From IMG/VR virus record IMGVR_UViG_3300047548_001261, positions 17,896 through 81,895 of that record: a stretch of DNA of 64,000 nucleotides. One strand, written 5' to 3'. Under the pieces are notes generated by a model. It worked only from the letters and a program-made list of their open reading frames with translations. It was not told the DNA's origin and ran no database searches. The stretch is from a virus. Below are positions 8,801-17,394 of the stretch, in pieces (the stretch's first letter is position 1; the number at the start of each line of letters is the position of its first letter). Position numbers and translations under genes: made by a program.

Positions 8801-10671
8801 AGGCGGTTTTAGATCGGGAACAGGCACTGGCTAATATAAACGACCCTGTTAAGGCGGAGATCGCTAAAGACACGACTGAGATCGAGACTGCCAAAGAACT
8901 GGTGGCTTTGCAGGATATAGCCAACAAAGCTCGCGTTGCCGGGTATGAGGCTGCGATCGCTAAAGCTGAGAAGTTAAAAGGAGTGGAAGCATCCACAGTT
9001 AAACTCTCTGTAACCAAGCAGCAAATCACGGATTTAGAAACCCTACGGACTGCCCACCGGCAGACGTACGAGCAAATGCGCGACGTTGAGCTGAAGCATG
9101 CCCAGGCTGCGGAAGCGATCGAGACACAACTTTTCTCTCAGAAGCGTGGGCAGTTGGAGTTCTTGAGGGGGATTGAGTCCCAAGGTCTCAGCGAGTATCA
9201 GCAGCTACAGAAGGCAAAATCCAATGCAGCTAAAGACGCTTCAGAGGCAAGAACTCTACTTGCAAAAGGAGAGTATGTTCAAGGTAAACAGCTTCTCGAA
9301 TCGGCGATCAAGGAACAAGAAACTATTGTACAAACTACTGCCCAAGCCAAGGGCGAGGGTTTATCTGGGCAAAAGTCCCGGCTTAAAGGTTTGTACCAGG
9401 AGAACAACAAACTTCTCGAAGGCGAGATCGCTCTCCACAAACAGGCCGAAGCCGCTGCCAAGCAAGCAGCTGATCAACAGTTGTCGGCCATTCAAGGGTT
9501 AACGACAGCTATCGAAACGCTCAACACAACTCTTGCCGGGATTAAGGTTGGCGCCCAAAATGCCGCCAAAGAGGTTACTGGGCTGGATCAGGCAGCCCAA
9601 GGTTTGGCTGAGAACGCAGACATCAAGCTAAACTTCAATGTCGAGTCTGCCAGACAAGGTTTAGCTGCGATTCTGGAAGGTGTCCGCCAAGTTGCCAAAG
9701 AATCCCAGACCCCTGAAGAATTACAGTTGTCTGTAGGGAGAGCCAGAGAAAGCATTGCGGCTTTGCGCGAGCAGTTCCTGGCTTATGCAAGAGACGCCAA
9801 TACACCTATTGCCGCACAGGAAACTGTCGGGAAGGCCCTGGGCCAGCTTACTGACCTTGATACATCGGTGGCGGCTGCCGGGGAAGGGCAACCTTCTAAA
9901 CAAGCCCTTGCTGGTTTTGGCTCTCAACTGGCGGCGATCAAAGGGTACATCGAAGAAATCGAGACCTCCCTTCAAAGCTTGCCACAAGACGTGGCCCCGG
10001 CTGTTCAGGTAGACCCAACCCAGGCGGTCCAAGCCACCGACGAAATTCAGGCAGCCATCGACGGCATAACCGGTAAAGAAGTTGAAGTTATTGTCAACAA
10101 AGTTGTTAAAGGGGGTAACGCTTACAGCAACGTGCCCGAAGAGCCTTTGCCAGAATTTGCCCAAGGCGGCCTAGTCTCCGCAAAGGTCTCCAACAACGAG
10201 TACCAAATGCCTCCTGAGACCGTCAAAGCGGTCGGCACCGGCTACTTATCCAGCTTAGGGGAAATCTCGCAGCCAGGGTTGATTAAGGGGCCAGGATCGG
10301 GCACTTCCGACTCAATCCACAGGAGCATCCCAGAGAACTCTTTCATCATCCCTGCGAAGGTTGTAGATAAGTTGGGGGTGCCTTTCCTGGACAAAATAAG
10401 GCAAGGGCATAGACCAATCTTGCGGGCAGCAGGGGGGCTGATTTCTGACATGCGCGGAATAAATTTTGACCCGTCTATCGTAGCGCAAGTGCCCCCCATA
10501 GACCTGAAGATGCCACCCTTGCCGCAAGCAAAGTCAACGGCTCCGCTACAACATGTGACGTTTAATGTGGGGGGCGCAACCATCGCCGCCCAAGCCCCTG
10601 CAGATGCGGTTGCAGATTTCCAATCGGCACTCAGATTACAAGCTTTGAAGGCTGGGCGTAAAGTAGTATGA
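2857..10671 (+). CDS. Tail tape measure protein
   Basis: About 2,600-aa Ala/Leu/Glu/Lys-rich helical protein with TP901-type core (LEDALKGVQAVARAT...TEFSTNDIAGAAQTLSQAG) and C-terminal FAQGG...GPGSGTSDSI motif. Confidence 0.93.
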   Translation: MANEAQIDLAVDVNVQIKELKLDTEKLTSKIKAAVGSLKDIPISPKLATDFKELDKDAANLSKKVQDAFAKISKQTPVALNLAEKLRKEFLSGANAVDKDGNIIGKQLRRFMLQQLESVHAYANLDKKKTLWGQFVDIEGQNIATAKKMLTDMSTKMSAEASKVTVAQTQMARSLNQASESLKLGIGAATNGISSQVSKTISDVNSLAEAFKFLGLKNKDRQLLLDPTPTAENYGRLVKVLEAARERYFILAAQVHNNKKAEEELGVSSEQVAVHLAKVRDEIDRQLPKYRALAEEQARKVKLDKELANQQARLQKALSTVTDSGTKPLRDQIEAYNELLRIQRAIRANSGTDLGVKSTRDTLAQLKLQLKATEQIATAQSLVDRSADLGTREQAAARSKLNNLLIQYKDLLAGDTSAEVSASKQALARLEERLAKEKQIAAAEERLVQLTAARAKSSLSDTQTLLRLKKEEFDVTLALEKAKGLGRDGSAQVLREVEALKQRLATEEKELSTLTKLKEANKELYFRRSATAPSALNTQRLGSGAPAQAMGAQEFAKLKSSVEAYSKAIQQAQDGVAQMSARGLHYALALTAAWEKDRETLLGVIAVQEQLQKAQAATQRVGTAKGNDAAKLIAMREEVTAHQRIVDILGVQGRAQSAVDQATLAHSRARVSALQGDIAMIRQQVNETNRLGESYTSLSSAFRSFLRYAVEMAAFYQGLSAFQAAAKSVVDLEDALKGVQAVARATDTEMEKVAASVKRVAIDTEFSTNDIAGAAQTLSQAGVGIGEIGEALDATSLAASATATSLAVTADVLTTMHNVFKDMSFTEIADQMTSTINLSKLTGAELSTILSRAVEVSDSFHIIPAQMNAAFAVLRNAGIKASTISTGYRESLLELFAPDAKTLSFLEKRYAELGQTLSQGAIAELFQGFANSADPISAVTAELDKLGFATSASSDFARVYSVRAKNVLDVLVKQRGEYVNLTTQVGAHGAAAKGSATQMEALGKTWDNLGSVITAVAANAFGPALDHLQKLTKGLSDFIERGGEAADTMKKVSGSSGTAVAGLSGLASLMATIRGGGGALRGTTVGLGVAALAQGVQVFASEYMEKIHTGLGEVTAKAAEAAGLFFAVRSVILRRDLLTSLTGIYTQLSTRILAAGAVAQSARILAGVDPAASARAGVAKGSAAAASAQVFIQSTFLGRLVTFFDKVKVAILSNGVVRALTFTPYGRIISASVAAVGASLLFFRKDVNEQLNAINNQIATAENALKKATTIQTDLAAEKAQNQDLKAGLDAVQKSAKEYFDRTIDNAKGRALNISGMLSKLQGVSTDLQGSQLAGAIDELQTEFGVLFNSTYNIDQLIGEMNGANAIMAKAEGGRQAYYQKLIEAFEAYNPADKTKINENALVDAFQKLSEAQKAVILNEVNTLDEAILFQQASETFGERLKKEVFDKIEDAKADLAAREGEAVKVILDKAIQDKSFAGVYAKLLQAVKEGNRDLIDVYIEQLQRVNEESKNKLGDNAEGWLAEVSSFGSLIKEDLGLGLSAIAEGFKNAFNNPLDEFFAELKKLTTNELGNIIQRQADKILNDPVAFFADPAKAIAKSTLYKKPDTKGEVPQEAFDAANLYKEQALANAISKAKSTTTSQAAIAGDQAGRLARSLTPERRKELEILDETIAVQAKSIEEQLKNVDKEWTTFYEETFKTNKSAKDIQDILKRTVAAKKDTPELFIKELASIEERVKIEAAAQVAAKESAQLADDHLQASRALVDSTQRMYEEKKTADPARAAILQERIDAQLAKQGLEQEEVAKAIETNKVDLTKLNIHVASTAVSAEEMEKEYKELKQKSSATTSAMDKLTRAREAAFASGNAQYILDNDVDQNIYNLKVKSLEPLRAASKTALFRMERIPESLRAVEESYEGISQFFETGEGAKFLQDHADAGKRLEVLNEVNKTLADAGLDLAEKQSTLANVLAEQSLKNSTEKALANKAVLDREQALANINDPVKAEIAKDTTEIETAKELVALQDIANKARVAGYEAAIAKAEKLKGVEASTVKLSVTKQQITDLETLRTAHRQTYEQMRDVELKHAQAAEAIETQLFSQKRGQLEFLRGIESQGLSEYQQLQKAKSNAAKDASEARTLLAKGEYVQGKQLLESAIKEQETIVQTTAQAKGEGLSGQKSRLKGLYQENNKLLEGEIALHKQAEAAAKQAADQQLSAIQGLTTAIETLNTTLAGIKVGAQNAAKEVTGLDQAAQGLAENADIKLNFNVESARQGLAAILEGVRQVAKESQTPEELQLSVGRARESIAALREQFLAYARDANTPIAAQETVGKALGQLTDLDTSVAAAGEGQPSKQALAGFGSQLAAIKGYIEEIETSLQSLPQDVAPAVQVDPTQAVQATDEIQAAIDGITGKEVEVIVNKVVKGGNAYSNVPEEPLPEFAQGGLVSAKVSNNEYQMPPETVKAVGTGYLSSLGEISQPGLIKGPGSGTSDSIHRSIPENSFIIPAKVVDKLGVPFLDKIRQGHRPILRAAGGLISDMRGINFDPSIVAQVPPIDLKMPPLPQAKSTAPLQHVTFNVGGATIAAQAPADAVADFQSALRLQALKAGRKVV

Positions 10672-10696
10672 TGACAACAACTTATCTGAGAACCCT

Positions 10697-11239
10697 ATGA
10701 GCGATATTGAATACCTAACAAGGTGGATGGAACTATCGGACGGGACTTTGTCTTGTCGAACGACTCTTTACGAAGCCATGAGGTTTAACCAATCCTACGA
10801 ACCCTTCGGCGGGTCATCTGTGCATCGGATGATGAATGGCGCGGCGGCAAAGCAAACAAACTGGCAACGGCTGCGTACCACAATGTCCGGCAGCGGAGGC
10901 ATACCTTTGGGGCTTGTGGACTTGGACTATTCAAAACCCCTTCTGCTTAAGTGCGGAGTGCCCAGGATGATTACAAGGCCTGCGGCAGGGTTCAATATTA
11001 ACGTAGGCATCCCGCTACCCGCCGCCCGCAGAACCGACGGGCTTTATGCTCCGGAGTATATGCAACTGATAGGTGGGTTGTGGAGCAAAATCGTGGGCGG
11101 GGTTGTGAGCGGAAGTGCGACAAGAATCGGGGCGGTGTATTACCCTCAGTTCAATTGTTTTGCGGAGGCCCCAAAAGAAACTTATTCGTGGGATGAGGGG
11201 TTGCCTTCGTCCTGGACACTTGAAGCAGAGGAAATATAA
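10697..11239 (+). CDS. Distal tail / tail assembly protein
   Basis: Directly after the TMP; QSYEPFGGSSVHRMMNGAAAKQ...SWTLEAEEI resembles Dit-like proteins. Confidence 0.65.
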   Translation: MSDIEYLTRWMELSDGTLSCRTTLYEAMRFNQSYEPFGGSSVHRMMNGAAAKQTNWQRLRTTMSGSGGIPLGLVDLDYSKPLLLKCGVPRMITRPAAGFNINVGIPLPAARRTDGLYAPEYMQLIGGLWSKIVGGVVSGSATRIGAVYYPQFNCFAEAPKETYSWDEGLPSSWTLEAEEI

Positions 11240-11641
11240 ATGGCTGGAATATTGCCGAACGAGGGCGAAGCCCTTATCGCACAATGGTTGTGCGGGAATG
11301 TTGTAACTGATAAAGGTACAGATTTAGAGTTGGGGTTATTTACTAATTCCTCGATCTCGGAAACGACCACTCACGCTACGCTGACGGAGCCTACAGGAGG
11401 TGGGTATGCACGAATCAATCTAACCGACGCTTCCTGGACGGGCGCTGCAGATACCCGAAGTTACGCAGAACAAACTTTCACAGCTACCGGGTCGGCTATG
11501 ACTGGGGCTGTGTACGGCGCATTTGTCTGTACTAAGGGTGCAACTAAGCGCATCATTTCCATCGAACTCAACCCTGCAGGGTCGGTAACCCTTGCAATGG
11601 GCGACTCATATAAAGTAACGCCCACTATCGTCGTCGCGTAA
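11240..11641 (+). CDS. Virion structural (tail) protein
   Basis: Abuts previous gene; LGLFTN...EPTGGGYARINL motif common in siphovirus tail proteins. Confidence 0.65.
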   Translation: MAGILPNEGEALIAQWLCGNVVTDKGTDLELGLFTNSSISETTTHATLTEPTGGGYARINLTDASWTGAADTRSYAEQTFTATGSAMTGAVYGAFVCTKGATKRIISIELNPAGSVTLAMGDSYKVTPTIVVA

Positions 11642-11650
11642 GAGGTTTCG

Positions 11651-14600
11651 GTGGCAAACCAATTCCTCAACCCTGGGTTTGAGACAACAGGCTTAACGAA
11701 CTGGACGTTAGCTGGGACGAATAGCGCGACGAAGATAACCAACGTCACTACGGCTACTTTCTCCCCGGTTACCTACACTGCAAAAGTCGGATCAAGGTTT
11801 TGCAGGATGTCTGACGACGTTCAATCTAACTTGACGGGTCAGACACTGAGCCAAAGCAGGGCGCTCCTTGCAGGGGAGATTGTTACTGCTTGGTACGCTT
11901 TCATCTGGCTTTCAGCGAAGTCTAACAGCGTCTTCAGGCATGAGTACGTCACCATAACGATAAAACAAGGCAGCACAGTAATTGCAACGCCTGTTGACAT
12001 CGATAGCTACCGGGACAATATTCCTGATAACGACCGAGGGCCTTGGAAAAGGTTCATGTGGGTTGTCCCTTCTTCCGGCACTTACACAGTTGAGTTCAAG
12101 ATTTGGCACACTTCGTCTAACGCGGGTGGCGGACACCTACTTGTCGATGACCTCACAGTGCTCGATGCCGGCCAATGGTTTTTGGACTCGTCTACAAGCA
12201 TACCTGTATCTAGTAACCTTTACCCTACAAGAGAGCAGTTTTACAACAAAAGTTTTGAACTCGGTTCCGGGAGTGGGTGGGTTTTAGAATCTCCACCGTG
12301 GGCTTCAGAATCTCCATTTCGCTCGGGGGGGCCTTCCTATGGGACCCCACAGACTTCGGCAAGCATCACTGTCTACCGGTATAACACAAGCACCCCTATT
12401 GCGACCTACACACCTAAATCCGGGGCGTATTTGGGATACTTCAGCAGCGGGTGGGGCATAGACGTAGCGACGAGACGGCTTTGGCATACAGGTTATTTAA
12501 GCGCTGGACAGGTAATCTCTTGGTGGCAGGCCTTTGTCTGGCAAGGTGCCGGGGCCGCCTACGTCGAATACCTTTCAGTTAAGATTAAGCAATTAGGTGT
12601 CGTGGTCGACACAGTTCTCACTTGGGACACCCTAACTGCAGGAGTCGCGGATTATTACGCAAGCCCTTGGGAATTGTTGAGTTGGTCCGCGCCCTCCAGC
12701 GGGATGTATACAATAGAGTTTGAACTCTCCCACCCGTCGGCAGACGCAACAGGAAGTACACTCCTTGTAGACGGGTTATACATCACGGACGCTAACACGT
12801 TCCCATTACAGCCGTTTGAAGGTACAACGCTCAATGTGACGTCTTCTTTGCCTGTCGTTTACTCAAATTTTTATAACCCAGGCTTCGAGAATTCGACACC
12901 GTTCGGGTGGGAAAAGGTTTTCAGCAATACGAGCTGGTTGGGTGCATTTTCCAATGTCCAGGGGTTGCTACCAAAGTCTGGAGATTGGTTTCTCCAGCTA
13001 GGTGACCCAAATGGATCGGTGCCCGACGGTACTGTTTTTGTTAGGCAGACTGTCACAGTTCCAGTAGGGAAAGCTATCTCAGGGTGGTTTACTTGTGGAG
13101 GGTGGGTATACGCTGCTGGTACGGCGGAGATTGTGATAAAGCAAGGCTCCACAGTTGTTGCCACACTCTTCTCTTACCATTGCACCACTATTTATACAGG
13201 TGACTTCCAGTGGTTTATCGGGCAGGTCTGGTTGCCCTTCTATTGGGTATCCCCTGCCACTGATACTTACACCCTTGAATTCAGAATAATTCGGGATGTA
13301 CCTGATAACTCTACCGGCACATATATCAGTCTTTTCGCTGACGACGTTAAGATTTCTGACCCGTTTTTTCCGGAATCCATTACAGTTGTAAAGGTCAATA
13401 GTGCGCACTCGTTTGCTGTTGTCCGGACCATACAGTTTTTAAATGGGGGTTTTGAGACCGGAACCAGCTCTGGGTGGGCTAAGTCCGGTAGCGGAACTGC
13501 AACCTATAATAATACGTCCTACGTTGGGTCACAACAAACATACTTTCCGGTTGCAGGGACATATTTTGCAAGGATAGCAGACGCTAACAACACAGGTACG
13601 ACAGGCACAACTTTAGTAACGCAAAGCAAAAGTTTGCTTGCCGGGCAGATCGTTACAGGTTGGTACGCCTTTAGGTGGGAGAATGCCTCCGTAAAAGGCG
13701 CTGTCTTAATCACGATAAAGCAAGGTTCGACGGTAATCGCAACGGTCGTCTCAGTCAACACGTCCGCAGAATTAACCTTCCCCGTAGAGTACCCTTGGAC
13801 ACAATTCTCTTGGACGGTGCCCGCCGACGGAACATACACGGTTAATTATAAACTCTCTCAGTTTTCCCCAACCACTGCAACAGGCGGCCAACTCCTAGTT
13901 GATGAGCTTGTGGTATCCCCTCCTGTGGGAACCGTTAATCTAGTAGGGACTACAATAACAGTAGGGTCAGAACTAACCCAACTCCATGTGCCTTATGTAC
14001 CTACCCTCGATATGAGTACAGTGGTGACTATCCTATCGAGTCTCACGCCGAGAGTTACAAGTCGCACAGTTTCGACGCAGATTACGGTAGTACCATCGAA
14101 CACCTTTGCTGTGGTTCCGCATCTTGCTTACACGCCAGCTATCCCCGTACAGGTTTCTGTCTTGCCGATTAACCTTCGGCCAAGCATAGACATCGTCTTT
14201 CGAGTATTTGAAACTTACTCGCTCGAAATAGGCGTGGTTTTTGACGTCACCGTCACAACTTATTCGCCAACCATCCCGGTTTCGTTCGTTGTTTATGAAA
14301 CGTACCAACCCACCATAACGACGCGTATAACAGTTTTCCCAACATTCACGGATGGCATTGGCGCACAAGGTGTCGGTGGACAAGTTGCCCTGACCACAGC
14401 CTCGGGGGGTACGGACGTTGTTCCTTACGCCCCACCGTCAGCACCGCCGATGGCCGAGCCGGAAGTCCCTTTAAGTATCGAAGGGTTGGCAATTTCCTGG
14501 AGACTTTCAGTATCCCTAAACGGCATAGACATTTCCGCAAGGTTAACCGGTGGCGTATCCATTGACCAGGAAGAGAGTGCGGCAGCTGTGGCTGTGTTCT

Positions 14601-16450
14601 CGATTCGCCCAGCTGCCGGTAGCGTTGACCCCTACACATGGATCAAGGCACCTGTTACGATCGATTACGTTGAAACGGATTCGACAGGCACACCGATCTA
14701 CACGATCCGAATGTTCTCTGGCATCGTGGACACTCCAGCATATAACGTCATGACTCGTGTTTGCCAATTCACCTGCACAGACAACCTGCAGAACGTAATC
14801 AGCAACATGAGTAGGGATACACTTGCAGCATTGACACCTTTAGCGCAGTGGTCCAAATACGTTTACACCGAGGAGTCGTCCGGGTGGGATTACTTACAGC
14901 AAAGGCTGGAAACTTACCCTTACACGGTTCATCTTGACACGAACTCCCAGGTTACGGTTAAAGATTGGCGGGCAGGGGTTATTTCACTGGAGTTCACAGA
15001 AGGTGCAATAGTCGACCAAAGCCTCTCAGTGTCCCTTGCTAATGCAAGAGATTTGACCAACCAAGTCACTGCCAGTTTAGGTTTTCAACAGGATATTTAC
15101 CGTGAGAACGTACTACGCCTTTCTTGGTTTGAAGAGATGTGGCTGAGCGCGGGTGACGGGTTTAATGAGTCGCCTAAAGCCACCCCACAAATGATCTCAG
15201 ACGCAGTGTCTGCTGCGGGCGCGGTTTTTGTAGAGGACCCTTGGTGGCAGATTCAACCAGAGAGCGGGTGGCTAACCCAAGGAAGTAAATATGTTGGGTT
15301 CCTGAATTGGGGGGATGAACTTTTAGCGCAAGGGTTCAAAGCACTGGTTGCGAAGCGACATAAACAAAGTGTCAAGAACGTGGCCCGCGTCACCGTACAA
15401 TCCTCTGCGAGCATAGAGGCGATCGGGTTCGCCAGAGACGAGAAGTCTGGAACGATTGCTGTAGAGTATACCGGATCACTTGATGAGGCTTTTTTCGCTT
15501 CAAACGAGGTGACTAGATTTGTCTGTACAGCTGGCCCTAGCATGACCCAGGGTAAAGTCACAGACATTACTTACGGCAATACCCGGAACGGGTCTTTTGG
15601 AAATGCGTACCCTAACTTGCCAGTAAAATTTCAGAAAGCTGGGGATGGGCAACAATACTTCGGAAGTCCTTTTGACCTTGCAGACTTCGGCCACCTGTTA
15701 GATAGCAACAACTCATACAACACCTTGACCGGACTTGCTTCAGGGCATTTACAACCTGGGCAGCACGTCTACGATTTTGACAGCTTCGTTGTTCGTGGCA
15801 GTAAGGTCGAACGGGCCGCTGCTTTAGCAGTTGTGATGGCCCAATCATCCAGAACGATTCTTGCGTCCCACAGGCAGAACAGGGTTGGGTTTACGACCCT
15901 TCTAAGGCCTACGTTAAACCGAGGGGACACCGTTCGTGTGGACACAGACCCAATTAAAGCCACCGGTGTGGTCTACCAAATCGTCCACAACTTCAACATA
16001 GACAACGGGTCCGCACTAACGTCGGTGACACTTGCTTTGAGTTCCGCGAAATCGGTCGGAATTCGCCCAGTGGCGTCGGTAACTTTCCGTCCGGAGATTC
16101 GGGTAACGATAAACGTTCTACCGGTTACTGCGAAGATCACAGAGGTAATTGGCCAGGTTAAGTTAGTTGGCCCGCACGGGGCGTTGGTAAACGGCGTAGT
16201 CAAGACTCCTGCAACGGAGTTCTTATCGAGCATTAACCTGGACTCTCATATTCACACTGGAACCGTCGACCCGTCGTGGACAGGTCACATAACCCCTTCC
16301 GCTTCGGGTACGTTTGAAAACAAAGAACACACCTTTGTGATAGACTTCCCAAACATCCCGATAGCGACGACGGAGAACGCAGATATCGTCGTTTACGGGG
16401 ATACAATAGAGGTCAACGTACCTCAAGACGAACTATTTCTTTTGGCATAG
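11651..16450 (+). CDS. Tail tip / hub protein with four N-terminal carbohydrate-binding-like repeats
   Basis: 1599 aa; four ~190-aa repeats starting F(L/Y)NxxFE; C-terminal hub-like region (LSVSLNGIDISARLTG...RMFSGIVD). Confidence 0.75.
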   Translation: MANQFLNPGFETTGLTNWTLAGTNSATKITNVTTATFSPVTYTAKVGSRFCRMSDDVQSNLTGQTLSQSRALLAGEIVTAWYAFIWLSAKSNSVFRHEYVTITIKQGSTVIATPVDIDSYRDNIPDNDRGPWKRFMWVVPSSGTYTVEFKIWHTSSNAGGGHLLVDDLTVLDAGQWFLDSSTSIPVSSNLYPTREQFYNKSFELGSGSGWVLESPPWASESPFRSGGPSYGTPQTSASITVYRYNTSTPIATYTPKSGAYLGYFSSGWGIDVATRRLWHTGYLSAGQVISWWQAFVWQGAGAAYVEYLSVKIKQLGVVVDTVLTWDTLTAGVADYYASPWELLSWSAPSSGMYTIEFELSHPSADATGSTLLVDGLYITDANTFPLQPFEGTTLNVTSSLPVVYSNFYNPGFENSTPFGWEKVFSNTSWLGAFSNVQGLLPKSGDWFLQLGDPNGSVPDGTVFVRQTVTVPVGKAISGWFTCGGWVYAAGTAEIVIKQGSTVVATLFSYHCTTIYTGDFQWFIGQVWLPFYWVSPATDTYTLEFRIIRDVPDNSTGTYISLFADDVKISDPFFPESITVVKVNSAHSFAVVRTIQFLNGGFETGTSSGWAKSGSGTATYNNTSYVGSQQTYFPVAGTYFARIADANNTGTTGTTLVTQSKSLLAGQIVTGWYAFRWENASVKGAVLITIKQGSTVIATVVSVNTSAELTFPVEYPWTQFSWTVPADGTYTVNYKLSQFSPTTATGGQLLVDELVVSPPVGTVNLVGTTITVGSELTQLHVPYVPTLDMSTVVTILSSLTPRVTSRTVSTQITVVPSNTFAVVPHLAYTPAIPVQVSVLPINLRPSIDIVFRVFETYSLEIGVVFDVTVTTYSPTIPVSFVVYETYQPTITTRITVFPTFTDGIGAQGVGGQVALTTASGGTDVVPYAPPSAPPMAEPEVPLSIEGLAISWRLSVSLNGIDISARLTGGVSIDQEESAAAVAVFSIRPAAGSVDPYTWIKAPVTIDYVETDSTGTPIYTIRMFSGIVDTPAYNVMTRVCQFTCTDNLQNVISNMSRDTLAALTPLAQWSKYVYTEESSGWDYLQQRLETYPYTVHLDTNSQVTVKDWRAGVISLEFTEGAIVDQSLSVSLANARDLTNQVTASLGFQQDIYRENVLRLSWFEEMWLSAGDGFNESPKATPQMISDAVSAAGAVFVEDPWWQIQPESGWLTQGSKYVGFLNWGDELLAQGFKALVAKRHKQSVKNVARVTVQSSASIEAIGFARDEKSGTIAVEYTGSLDEAFFASNEVTRFVCTAGPSMTQGKVTDITYGNTRNGSFGNAYPNLPVKFQKAGDGQQYFGSPFDLADFGHLLDSNNSYNTLTGLASGHLQPGQHVYDFDSFVVRGSKVERAAALAVVMAQSSRTILASHRQNRVGFTTLLRPTLNRGDTVRVDTDPIKATGVVYQIVHNFNIDNGSALTSVTLALSSAKSVGIRPVASVTFRPEIRVTINVLPVTAKITEVIGQVKLVGPHGALVNGVVKTPATEFLSSINLDSHIHTGTVDPSWTGHITPSASGTFENKEHTFVIDFPNIPIATTENADIVVYGDTIEVNVPQDELFLLA

Positions 16451-16458
16451 GATCAAAC

Positions 16459-16878
16459 ATGGCCGCAACCTTTAACTTTTACTTGGACGCAGGTTTGACA
16501 GTACCTTTAACCAGCGACCTCTTAACAACTCAAAATGCTGACGGGTCTACCGGCCCCCAGGATTTTCAAATTTGGTTTGGGTCGAACGCCGTTGGAAGAA
16601 CCCTACGAGCAGACTCTAGCCCCGGAGTAGACCAACTCACACTATCCATTGTGGACTCGGCTTCAGGGACGGGACAGCCAGCAGCAGCCGTAAAATTGGC
16701 AAGTACACAAGGCGGGCTAGCCTCTGCCACAGGTGGTGCACCACTGAACTTAGGGACCACGATCTTATCAACAGTCGGTCTGGCTGTCTCTTTCTGGGTG
16801 AGGGTTACTGATGCCACATTTACCGTAGGAACCTACACCGATTTATCCCTGACAATGAATTTGGCCCGCGAGGATTAA
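16459..16878 (+). CDS. Virion structural (tail) protein
   Basis: AGGA RBS, beta-rich 139 aa, in the tail operon. Confidence 0.65.
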   Translation: MAATFNFYLDAGLTVPLTSDLLTTQNADGSTGPQDFQIWFGSNAVGRTLRADSSPGVDQLTLSIVDSASGTGQPAAAVKLASTQGGLASATGGAPLNLGTTILSTVGLAVSFWVRVTDATFTVGTYTDLSLTMNLARED

Positions 16879-16881
16879 TAA

Positions 16882-17394
16882 GTGGCCGACCAATCCATAA
16901 AGAAGGACCTGCACAGGCTAACTTTAAGCCCAGCCTTGGCAACGCCAGGGCTGCCAGAAAGGGTTGCAGCCCTGGAGATCGGTTTAAAGCGGGGCATCGG
17001 TTTACCAAATTACGTGTCTCGGGCGCCAAGCTCCTCGACTCATGTTGAGGTTATTTCCGTTTACTCACATATTCTGGTGACAGAAGCAGGGGCGTGGGAG
17101 GTGCCGCAAGGGTTCCCTGACTCTGGGGATTACATCAACGGATCGACATTCGATTTGCTAGAGCCACATTATATGCAAAGGCGGGTGCACGCTGTTTGGT
17201 ACGACACTGGCGGTGCAAACTTGTTGGAGACTCGGTTTATGGTTAGGTTGGAACAGCCTTACAGCGCACTGATAAACACGTTGGAAGAGGGGGGTATTCT
17301 CGGGGAAGTTCTGTACGGTATTGATTTCATTGATTCAGGGAAACCGCTGATCTTGAATAAAGTTGAGCAGCTGAGGAGTTTGTTGGGGATATGA
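16882..17394 (+). CDS. Hypothetical tail-module protein
   Basis: 170 aa, ATGA overlap with the next gene. Confidence 0.6.
   Translation: MADQSIKKDLHRLTLSPALATPGLPERVAALEIGLKRGIGLPNYVSRAPSSSTHVEVISVYSHILVTEAGAWEVPQGFPDSGDYINGSTFDLLEPHYMQRRVHAVWYDTGGANLLETRFMVRLEQPYSALINTLEEGGILGEVLYGIDFIDSGKPLILNKVEQLRSLLGI

Noticed and set aside
2841-10583. Many minus-strand ORFs inside the tape measure gene
   Set aside because: Antisense shadows of a long coding sequence, with no motifs.
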